Shown: positions 33,247-39,214 of the stretch, piece after piece | Position numbering within the stretch: position 1 is the first letter of the stretch | Layout of the letters: the number at the start of each line of letters is the position of its first letter | Virus record (IMG/VR): IMGVR_UViG_3300010361_000023 | Coordinates: 1 to 39,214 of that record | Source: a virus | Lineage: Duplodnaviria; Caudoviricetes | Strand: one strand, 5' to 3' | DNA: 39,214 nucleotides | Notes under the pieces: model-generated | Told to the model about the DNA's origin: nothing | What the model saw: the letters and a program-made list of their open reading frames with translations, nothing else | Databases searched by the model: none | Program-made: the position numbers and the translations under genes

Positions 33247-34983
33247 CTAGTGGGACAGAATGTCGTCCAAGTACTCCGGACCGTCCTCGATTGCGGCAAT
33301 CTGTCCCGCCCCGTTCCCGTTGACGTACGCCGGACCAGTTTCGGGGGCCGATGGCGAGCTCGGGGCGGGTGGGTCAGGATTGACCCGGGTCACTTTCGAC
33401 CGAGTGACGCGCCATCGGACGAGGTGGTCTTCGGCCCCTGCCCGCTCGAGCCGAAACGGGGGGTAGTAGACGTCGGCCATCGCCGAGAGGCGCTTGCCGA
33501 GCTTCCTCCGGTCGAGCTGGGCCGAGTCCCCTTTGCCCGACGTGCATTCGAGCGCGTCGATCGCTTCGCGAAGGTCCGCTTTCGCATCGCGCTGCGCGCT
33601 CGTGTCGCCCGCGCCGCCGCCGACCTCGGCGGCATAGACCCGACCCACAAGCGCCTTCACGGTCGTCGCCTCGAGGCGGTAGACGTCCTGGTAGCGGTAG
33701 AGCGCCTCGAGCAGCCGGAACTCGATCTCGTCCGTGTCCGTTCCTTGAGCGTCTAGGACGAGCTCCCGAACGTCGACCGCGCCCCCGGTCGCCCATTTGA
33801 TCATGGGGGGAACGGTCCGTCCCCAAGCCTCGAAGCTATTCAGGCGCCGGCAGCCCTCGACCGGCTTGCCGGCTTGGACCCATCCGCGGATGACCGTGAA
33901 CGCGGCCCCCAGGAGCCTCGCCCGATGCTCGCGACAGTAGGCGAGGAGGTCTGGGTGGGCGAACTCGGAAACCTCCTCCTCGCGCCTCGTGAGCTCGGCG
34001 GCGAGGCATCGGCGGTCGGTGTCGCCGTCGACCCGTGCGCGGTTCGACGTGAAAACGATCGTGGTCGTCCAGGGGAGCGACCGGGTCTCGGTCTTGCCGA
34101 GGACGCGGAAGCTCGTCTCGCCGTCGCAAGTGGAGACCTTGTCGAGGGCCGCGCCGCCGATCGTCGACCCGGTCCCGACGTTGTCGAAAAAGGCGACCGG
34201 AAGCGATGCCGTGGCTATTGACGACAGCACTTTTTCCTGCTCCTCCCCCTCGCCGGCCCAGGTATTCGCCCCGGGGATTGATCCGGTCGCGATGAGGCAG
34301 GCCGCCTTCGCGACGAGGCTCTTGCCGCAGTCCTTCTGCGGCGCCCGGAAGAGAAAGATGGGGACGTTTCCGGAAATGACCGGACGAAGGAGGATGGTCA
34401 GGATGAGAGCCGCGGCGGCGTACCTTGCCGCGGGCGAGGCGAAGTGAAACTCCGCGAACGGTTCGAGGAGCGCGGTCATGGCCGTGGACGCGTCGGCCTG
34501 GGTGACCGTCTCCCAGACGTGGCGGACCTCGATCGAGGTCGCGACGAGGTAGCGGGTCTCCGGGTCGTATCCCTCGGGCGTGATCGAGCCGTCGAGGTGG
34601 ATGATCGGGGTTTTGCTGATCCCGCGGATGGGGCGGATGTGGGCCCAGAAGCGCTTGCCGAGGAAGGCCGCGGTGACGTCGCCGGTGGGCGTCATCGACT
34701 TCCAGCCGGTCCCGCCGTCCGGGAGCTTGACCTCGGCGCCGTAATGGGCGTGCTCGGAGACGGCGGGGAGGAGCGTCTCGCGCTTGAGGGGCGCCATCAT
34801 GAGGTCGTCGGGCGCGAAGGCGATCCCGAGGCGCTTGGCGTCCTCGGCGAGGATTCCCCGGACGAGGCAGAGTGACCCGGTCCGCTGGTAGATCCTGGGG
34901 TCGCTTGTCCCGATGACTTCGTCGAGTTCGTCCAGGATCCGGTGGATGTCGGTGCCGGCGCAGATTCGGGGGCGCGTGCTCAT
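33247..34983 (-). CDS. Replicative P-loop helicase (primase-helicase C-terminal type)
   Basis: Walker A APQKDCGKSL, Walker B FFDNV, RVLG..E, TSN and RR motifs; no primase domain evident. Confidence 0.8.
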   Translation of the reverse strand: MSTRPRICAGTDIHRILDELDEVIGTSDPRIYQRTGSLCLVRGILAEDAKRLGIAFAPDDLMMAPLKRETLLPAVSEHAHYGAEVKLPDGGTGWKSMTPTGDVTAAFLGKRFWAHIRPIRGISKTPIIHLDGSITPEGYDPETRYLVATSIEVRHVWETVTQADASTAMTALLEPFAEFHFASPAARYAAAALILTILLRPVISGNVPIFLFRAPQKDCGKSLVAKAACLIATGSIPGANTWAGEGEEQEKVLSSIATASLPVAFFDNVGTGSTIGGAALDKVSTCDGETSFRVLGKTETRSLPWTTTIVFTSNRARVDGDTDRRCLAAELTRREEEVSEFAHPDLLAYCREHRARLLGAAFTVIRGWVQAGKPVEGCRRLNSFEAWGRTVPPMIKWATGGAVDVRELVLDAQGTDTDEIEFRLLEALYRYQDVYRLEATTVKALVGRVYAAEVGGGAGDTSAQRDAKADLREAIDALECTSGKGDSAQLDRRKLGKRLSAMADVYYPPFRLERAGAEDHLVRWRVTRSKVTRVNPDPPAPSSPSAPETGPAYVNGNGAGQIAAIEDGPEYLDDILSH

Positions 34984-34998
34984 CGGGACTCCGAGGCG

Positions 34999-35033
34999 AA
35001 AAAAAACCCGGGTCCCTCGCCGGGGACCCGGGT
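34999..35033 (-). terminator. Intrinsic terminator between SSB and helicase genes
   Basis: Minus strand ACCCGGGTCCC-CGGCGA-GGGACCCGGGT running into a T8 tract. Confidence 0.85.
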
Positions 35034-35067
35034 CAAACGTGACTCAGTGGGTGTTAGACGTACGTCA

Positions 35068-35454
35068 TCAGAAGGGGATGTCTTCGTCGGGGACCGTGGT
35101 GGCCCGGACCGGCGCCGAGCCCTTCTTGCCGGGACGGTGGGGCTCGACGTCGACCTCGTAGTCTTTCATCGGGTTGCCCTTGTCGGTCGGGATATCGGCC
35201 GAGTAGGTGATCTTGACCCAGGCGCCGGGGACGAAAAGCTCCCGGTTGTCCTCGACGATCTGCTTCAGCTTCTTCGTGCAGCGGATCTGCTTGGGGCCGC
35301 TGTCGGCGCGCAAGATCAGGTTGTCCTCCTCGCCGTAGCGCGAGGGGACACCCTCGTTGTACTCGACGAATTCGCCTTCGACGCTGTCGCCGATCTCCTG
35401 GAACTTGACGAACATGCTGTCGGCTTGGTCACGCGGCTTGGTCTTCAGCTTCAT
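35068..35454 (-). CDS. Single-stranded DNA-binding protein-like
   Basis: OB-fold-like FVKFQEIGDSVEG; acidic C-terminal DEDIPF tail. Confidence 0.75.
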   Translation of the reverse strand: MKLKTKPRDQADSMFVKFQEIGDSVEGEFVEYNEGVPSRYGEEDNLILRADSGPKQIRCTKKLKQIVEDNRELFVPGAWVKITYSADIPTDKGNPMKDYEVDVEPHRPGKKGSAPVRATTVPDEDIPF

Positions 35455-35831
35455 GGGGTCTCGTTGGGTGTTGGGGTTGGGTGTTGGTGTTGCGGGTGAG
35501 GGGTGAGCTCGATGCGGACGCCGTACGTCCTCGCCGGCGCCTTGGCCTGCGCGTAGCTCCAGGCGACGCGCGGATCCGCGTCGTCGACGCCGAGCCAGGC
35601 GGCGACGGCATCCCGGACGTGCTTGCAGGCGGCGGCGAGGTTGTCGGAGTCGAAGGCGCGCGGCGCGACCCGGGTCAGGGTGACGCTGACGGGGAGCGAC
35701 GGCGGGCGGTACGCATGCAGGATGCCCGTCGCGATGGCCTTCTCGGTCTTTCCGCGCCGGGCGACGGTGCGCCAGTGCTTTCGGTTGTTGAGGGGATTGT
35801 GGAGGCGGACGCCCGCGATCTCGAGGATCAT
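35451..35831 (-). CDS. RusA-like Holliday junction resolvase
   Basis: DSDNL...CKHVRDAV...LGVDD catalytic pattern; ATG 35831. Confidence 0.8.
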   Translation of the reverse strand: MILEIAGVRLHNPLNNRKHWRTVARRGKTEKAIATGILHAYRPPSLPVSVTLTRVAPRAFDSDNLAAACKHVRDAVAAWLGVDDADPRVAWSYAQAKAPARTYGVRIELTPHPQHQHPTPTPNETP

Positions 35832-35998
35832 GCCGCCCTCACGCGGCGCATGTTTGCGGCGCGGGCGTAGGAGACGGCGAGCCGGATCGCCTGGGAGAGC
35901 GTGCATCCGGTGGCCTTGGCGAGCGCCTCCAAGTCAGCTCGCTCGTCGTCGCTCAGCCGGATCTTGACCTGGTGCGGCCTCTGCCGCGCGCTCTGCAT
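35828..35998 (-). CDS. Ribbon-helix-helix (CopG/MobC-like) regulator, 56 aa, below ORF-track cutoff
   Basis: MQSARQRPHQVKIRLSDDERADLEALAKATGCTLSQAIRLAVSYARAANMRRVRAA; ATGA-coupled to RusA. Confidence 0.8.
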   Translation of the reverse strand: MQSARQRPHQVKIRLSDDERADLEALAKATGCTLSQAIRLAVSYARAANMRRVRAA

Positions 35999-36060
35999 GG
36001 GTCCGATTGTGGTCCCTTTTGGGTCCGCTTGTCCAGCGGTCGCGTCGTTTTCGTGGGACC
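35999..36060 (-). promoter_or_regulatory. Leaderless promoter with repeated GGACC boxes
   Basis: TGGACA-N18-CACAAT-N7-ATG; CGGACCC, GGGACC and CGGACCC overlap it. Confidence 0.55.
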
Positions 36061-36065
36061 TCGGA

Positions 36066-36281
36066 CTACTGGGTCAAAACTGACCTGCCTCGGTGCGCCT
36101 TGCAGCGGCAAGGCAGGCGATGGCCCGCGATGCCGTGAGGGCGCCCCGTCCGGAGCTTGATCGCATAGACGCTGCGGCAGGCCGCGCAGCGCGTGAATGG
36201 GGCGGACGGCTCCGCGCAGTCGACGCAGGCGCCGGCCGCGATGCGCTCGGCGCGGAGCCTCGCCCTCCTCTCCCTCTTCAC
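36066..36281 (-). CDS. Small Cys-rich Zn-finger protein
   Basis: GTG 36281; CVDC...CAAC. Confidence 0.6.
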   Translation of the reverse strand: MKRERRARLRAERIAAGACVDCAEPSAPFTRCAACRSVYAIKLRTGRPHGIAGHRLPCRCKAHRGRSVLTQ

Positions 36282-36463
36282 GACGCCGCCTCGAGCTCGC
36301 TCGCCGCCGCGTGCCACTCTTTTGCCGCGATCCGCAGCATCGCCCCGGCGACGAGGCCTCCGGCGGCGCTGCCGCCCGCGCTCTCGATGGCGTAGTCGCG
36401 AGCGCGCTCGAGCAGGGCCTTGCGCTTGGCGAACTCGACGGCGATGGCTTCGCGGCGGGTCAC
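36278..36463 (-). CDS. Hypothetical protein
   Basis: Coupled overlaps at both ends. Confidence 0.65.
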   Translation of the reverse strand: MTRREAIAVEFAKRKALLERARDYAIESAGGSAAGGLVAGAMLRIAAKEWHAAASELEAAS

Positions 36464-36738
36464 GGCCGCCCCGGCGGCCGCTTCGGCAGCAAGCTCGGGT
36501 CATGCATCCAGTCCGGGCGAGCGGACGGCCCCTCCTCCCGCTCCCGCTCCTTCTTTGCCACAACGGCCGACGCGACGCCGTTGTCGACGAAGGCCCTGTT
36601 GACCTTCCTGGGCGGCGGCGGGACGAGCCCCTCCTTCTGCCGCGGCGTCGGTCGCCGACGCGGCCCCGCTCCCTTCCTGCGCCCGCGCAGGGTCTTCGCT
36701 TCGCTCTCGGTCCAGCCGTCGTCGTGGGCGGCGCTCAT
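36460..36738 (-). CDS. Basic hypothetical protein
   Basis: Coupled overlaps; ends DPSLLPKRPPGRP. Confidence 0.6.
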   Translation of the reverse strand: MSAAHDDGWTESEAKTLRGRRKGAGPRRRPTPRQKEGLVPPPPRKVNRAFVDNGVASAVVAKKEREREEGPSARPDWMHDPSLLPKRPPGRP

Positions 36739-36881
36739 GGGGCGTCGTCCTCGTCGGGGTCCCCGTCATAGACGTTGGGAGGCTTCGAGAGCGCCTCGGC
36801 CTCGGCCCTCCGGATCGTTTTCGGGCGCATCTCCCACCAGATCGCATCGAGCCAGTGCCAAATCCTGTCCCACATGGTCAC
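36735..36881 (-). CDS. Small Trp-rich hypothetical protein
   Basis: GTG 36881 overlapping upstream stop; MWDRIWHWLDAIWWEMRP. Confidence 0.6.
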   Translation of the reverse strand: MTMWDRIWHWLDAIWWEMRPKTIRRAEAEALSKPPNVYDGDPDEDDAP

Positions 36882-37429
36882 GTCTCCTCGGTGGCAGCGC
36901 ACATGCGCTCGATGCACTCGATGGTCAGCCGATAGACCTTGATCCGAGCGTCGGCGTCGGCGGCGTCGGCGGCGGCGTCGGCGGCGTCGGCGGCGTAGGC
37001 GGCGGCGGCGGCGTCGGCGGCGGCGTCGGCGGACCTCTTCGCCACCAACGCGCTCTCACAGTCCACCACTTCCGGCAACGCTCGCAGTTTCTCCGCGTTC
37101 TCCTTCTGGCCCCGCGCCTCGAGCGCGAGGGGTGCCGCCACCCTGACCGAGAAGTCCGCCGCGATGAAGGCTCGACGGCGCATGACCGGCAGCGCGGCTC
37201 GCGTTCCGATTAGCTTGGGCAGCAGCGGCGCCAGGAGTTCCGTCCGGAGCTTGTCGTCTCCGATTCGATCATTCAGGCGACGCACCATCGACGCGATGAC
37301 CGGGCACGTGCAGACCGGACGGTCCGTGTGCTCTTCGCCCGCGAGCCATGCAACGGCCTCCATCGCTCAGACGCCGTCTTCACGCTTCGGGTGATTCCCA
37401 TGCTTGAGCACAATGCTTTGCAGATCCAT
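36878..37429 (-). CDS. Hypothetical protein with in-frame TGA at codon 21 (candidate selenoprotein or readthrough; otherwise pseudogene)
   Basis: SD AAGGAGG, TGATG-coupled ATG 37429; MDLQSIVLKHGNHPKREDGV*AMEAVAWLAGEEHTDRPVCTCPVI is one continuous frame. Confidence 0.7.
36948..37032 (-). repeat. GCC/GAC tandem repeats encoding an Ala/Asp linker
   Basis: ADAAADAAAAAYAADAADAAADAADADA. Confidence 0.85.
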
Positions 37430-37620
37430 CACTTCCTCCTTGTCGCTTCCCGAAGGCCGATCTTGATCAGTCTCCCGATCACGGCGTTCATCGAGAGCCT
37501 CATACCCTCCTTCGTCTGGAGCGCGACGCGGTAAGCGTCGATCGCCTCCCATTCCTCTTTGGACATCCGCACGCTCCCGCCCCGGAGCGGCGCCCTCGTC
37601 TCGGTCTCGTCTGTCGTCAT
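37429..37620 (-). CDS. Arc/RHH-like transcriptional regulator
   Basis: SVRMSKEEWEAID...RLSMNAVIGRLIKIGL; first gene after leftward promoter. Confidence 0.75.
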   Translation of the reverse strand: MTTDETETRAPLRGGSVRMSKEEWEAIDAYRVALQTKEGMRLSMNAVIGRLIKIGLREATRRK

Positions 37621-37626
37621 GCATCC

Positions 37627-37694
37627 ACTGTAGCCGCGACTTGCGCCGTCGTCAATCAAAGCACTTTACTTTTTCTCGGTCCGGTCGTATTACT
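37627..37694. promoter_or_regulatory. Divergent early promoters, both apparently leaderless
   Basis: Minus: TTGACG-N17-TACAGT-N6-ATG(37620). Plus: TTTACT-N17-TATTAC-N6-ATG(37700). AT-rich island. Confidence 0.7.
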
Positions 37695-37699
37695 AGGAC

Positions 37700-37789
37700 A
37701 TGAAGACCGACGACGTGAAGCTCGTAAACATGTGGATGCTCGAGGTCGCGGCGCGATGCGCTCGCGTGGCGGCGAGGTGCGGACGATGA
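37700..37789 (+). CDS. 29-aa leader/small protein
   Basis: MKTDDVKLVNMWMLEVAARCARVAARCGR; starts after the promoter, ATGA-coupled to next gene. Confidence 0.5.
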   Translation: MKTDDVKLVNMWMLEVAARCARVAARCGR

Positions 37790-38046
37790 GCGCCGCCGCC
37801 ACGATCCCCGCCCCGGCCCCTTGGTGGGTCGACTGCGGCGAGATCTCCCGCCTCCTCCGTCACCTGCGCGACAACGGAGACCTACGCGAGCTCGATGACG
37901 CAATCCGCCTCGTCGAAAAACCCTGGCACTGGACCGAGGAGTACGAGACGATGTGCGCGGAGCAGGACGGCGGCCGCGTCGCTCGAGACGGCGCCGCCGA
38001 CGCGTACGAGGCGCGCGAGGCGATCCGGGAGTACGAGGAGCCGTGA
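37786..38046 (+). CDS. Hypothetical protein
   Basis: SD GAGGTG, ATG 37786; VEKPWHWTEEY. Confidence 0.7.
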   Translation: MSAAATIPAPAPWWVDCGEISRLLRHLRDNGDLRELDDAIRLVEKPWHWTEEYETMCAEQDGGRVARDGAADAYEAREAIREYEEP

Positions 38047-38288
38047 GCAGGCTCTCGAGTCGAGAGATCGACGTCTGGAATGCCGTGTACGCGGCGGAGT
38101 GGGTGGCTTCTTTTCGTGCCGCAGAGGCCCATGGGGTCGACTTCGACCGGGCCACCGGGGCCGACGGAAAGCCTGACACCCTTTCCCACGCGGAGCGTGC
38201 GATTACGGTTGCCGACCGGGCCATCATGGATCTGCGCCGGTGGCGCAAGTCTGAGTGCCCCGACGCGGGCGAGGTGGTGCGCCCGTGA
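38043..38288 (+). CDS. Hypothetical protein
   Basis: SD GAGGAG, GTGA-coupled. Confidence 0.65.
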   Translation: MSRLSSREIDVWNAVYAAEWVASFRAAEAHGVDFDRATGADGKPDTLSHAERAITVADRAIMDLRRWRKSECPDAGEVVRP

Positions 38289-38455
38289 CGTACACACAGC
38301 TCTGCGAGGCGCCCATCCGCGACGTCCACCGGCTCGGACAATGGCTCGGCCTGGACGTCGCGCGGCGCGAGGGAGAACCGGCGGGCGAGTACATACGACG
38401 CCTCCGGGTCGTGGTCTGGATGGCCGTGCGGCGGAAGATGCTGGTCGGGCCGTGA
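38285..38455 (+). CDS. Hypothetical protein
   Basis: GTGA-coupled at both ends. Confidence 0.6.
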   Translation: MTYTQLCEAPIRDVHRLGQWLGLDVARREGEPAGEYIRRLRVVVWMAVRRKMLVGP

Positions 38456-38658
38456 GCGCCGACGAGTCCGCGACCGAGTGCCTCAACGGCCACGACGTGC
38501 TCGTGCGCGACGCCGGCACGGGCCCCGTCGAGGTCAATGCCAGGCTGAAACGGGGGCGCTGGACGGGATGGTACCGGATCGAGCGTGACGGCCACCCATG
38601 GTGCCCCGAGTGCGGGGCCGAGGTTCTGACCGAGGAAAATAATGACCAAGGAACGTGA
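38452..38658 (+). CDS. Small Zn-ribbon protein
   Basis: CLNGH...CPECG; GTG 38452. Confidence 0.6.
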   Translation: MSADESATECLNGHDVLVRDAGTGPVEVNARLKRGRWTGWYRIERDGHPWCPECGAEVLTEENNDQGT

Positions 38659-39148
38659 AGATCTGTTCATGTCGTTCGTCTCCAGGGCGCTAGGGACGCC
38701 CAGCGAGTGTCCGTTGAAGGACGTCAACGGCACCGCCATCAAGGCTTTGGTGGAGGCTTTCGACACGCTGCATCCGATCAAGAAAGACGATCAGGCGCCG
38801 TCCGTGGTCCTCGAAAAGGGACCAACGAAGCCGGAAGTGCAGGACTTTCAAGACGCGATCTACGAAGAGCCCTGGACCGTGTATGTCATCCGAAACACCG
38901 TCAGCGGCGTCTGCTACGTCGGCGTGGCGAGCAAGGGCTTCAAGAGACGATACAGGGGTGGGGAGTGGTGGGCGGAGCACCACAACGACCGCCTGTCAAG
39001 GGACGTTGTAGCTTTCGGCCTCATGAGTTTCAGAGTTCTCGTGCACGTGTGCCTTGACGAAACGGACATGCGACGGCAGGAGGCGGAGCTGCTGAGGGCG
39101 AATCGGTTGTACACGTACAACGTGCGCAACGAGCCCGACAATCGGTGA
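38642..39148 (+). CDS. GIY-YIG nuclease-domain protein
   Basis: VYVIRNTVSGVCYVG, KRRY, conserved E and YN; SD GAGGA. Confidence 0.8.
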   Translation: MTKEREDLFMSFVSRALGTPSECPLKDVNGTAIKALVEAFDTLHPIKKDDQAPSVVLEKGPTKPEVQDFQDAIYEEPWTVYVIRNTVSGVCYVGVASKGFKRRYRGGEWWAEHHNDRLSRDVVAFGLMSFRVLVHVCLDETDMRRQEAELLRANRLYTYNVRNEPDNR

Positions 39149-39214
39149 TGTCGATTTGTCTTGACACGTGCTCGGCATGGGTGGTGCTCTTTAGGGGTTG
39201 CCCCTTCCGGTCCA

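Noticed and set aside
32588-33299. ORFs across the IR and origin (e.g. GVEGVEGVG peptides)
   Set aside because: Translations of the iterons and G-runs, not protein-like.
312-39148. Genome-wide TGA recoding (genetic code 4/25) as the explanation for the in-frame TGA
   Set aside because: TGA is the normal stop of most genes here, with many ATGA/GTGA coupled junctions and full-length conserved proteins; only one internal TGA was noticed.
39162-39214. Promoter/hairpin at the window end (TTGACA; GGGGTTGCCCC)
   Set aside because: No convincing -10 at the right spacing and the downstream context is cut off; it does not overlap the window start, so circularity is not shown.

Overview
Most of the genome of a high-GC tailed dsDNA phage with a contractile tail (myovirus morphotype). 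The + strand (312-25877) carries a Mu-like morphogenesis operon: terminase, DUF935-type portal, S49 protease-scaffold, Mu gpT-like capsid, gp36-like connector, sheath, tube, frameshifting tail chaperone, tape measure, baseplate and fibres. Two lipoprotein morons and a multi-gene lysis cassette follow. The right third holds a leftward recombination operon (PD-(D/E)XK exonuclease, annealing-type protein) with embedded structured RNA elements, and a rightward DNA-modification operon (adenine MTase, nucleoside deoxyribosyltransferase-like protein, QueC, DpdA/TGT-like protein). It also holds an iteron origin, a P-loop helicase, SSB, RusA, three ribbon-helix-helix regulators and a GIY-YIG protein. 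No integrase, transposase, DNA polymerase or primase domain is visible. The top oddity is a gene at 36878-37429 (-) with a strong SD and one in-frame TGA at a Cys-like position, followed by a SECIS-like sequence: a candidate phage selenoprotein. Also notable are a minimal deazaguanine/methylation operon whose proteins end in clamp-binding-like motifs, a perfect 103-bp G-rich inverted repeat (1-103 / 32592-32694) beside the origin, a tRNA-Ile-like element, and nested small genes. All family assignments come from motif recognition by eye; no searches were run.
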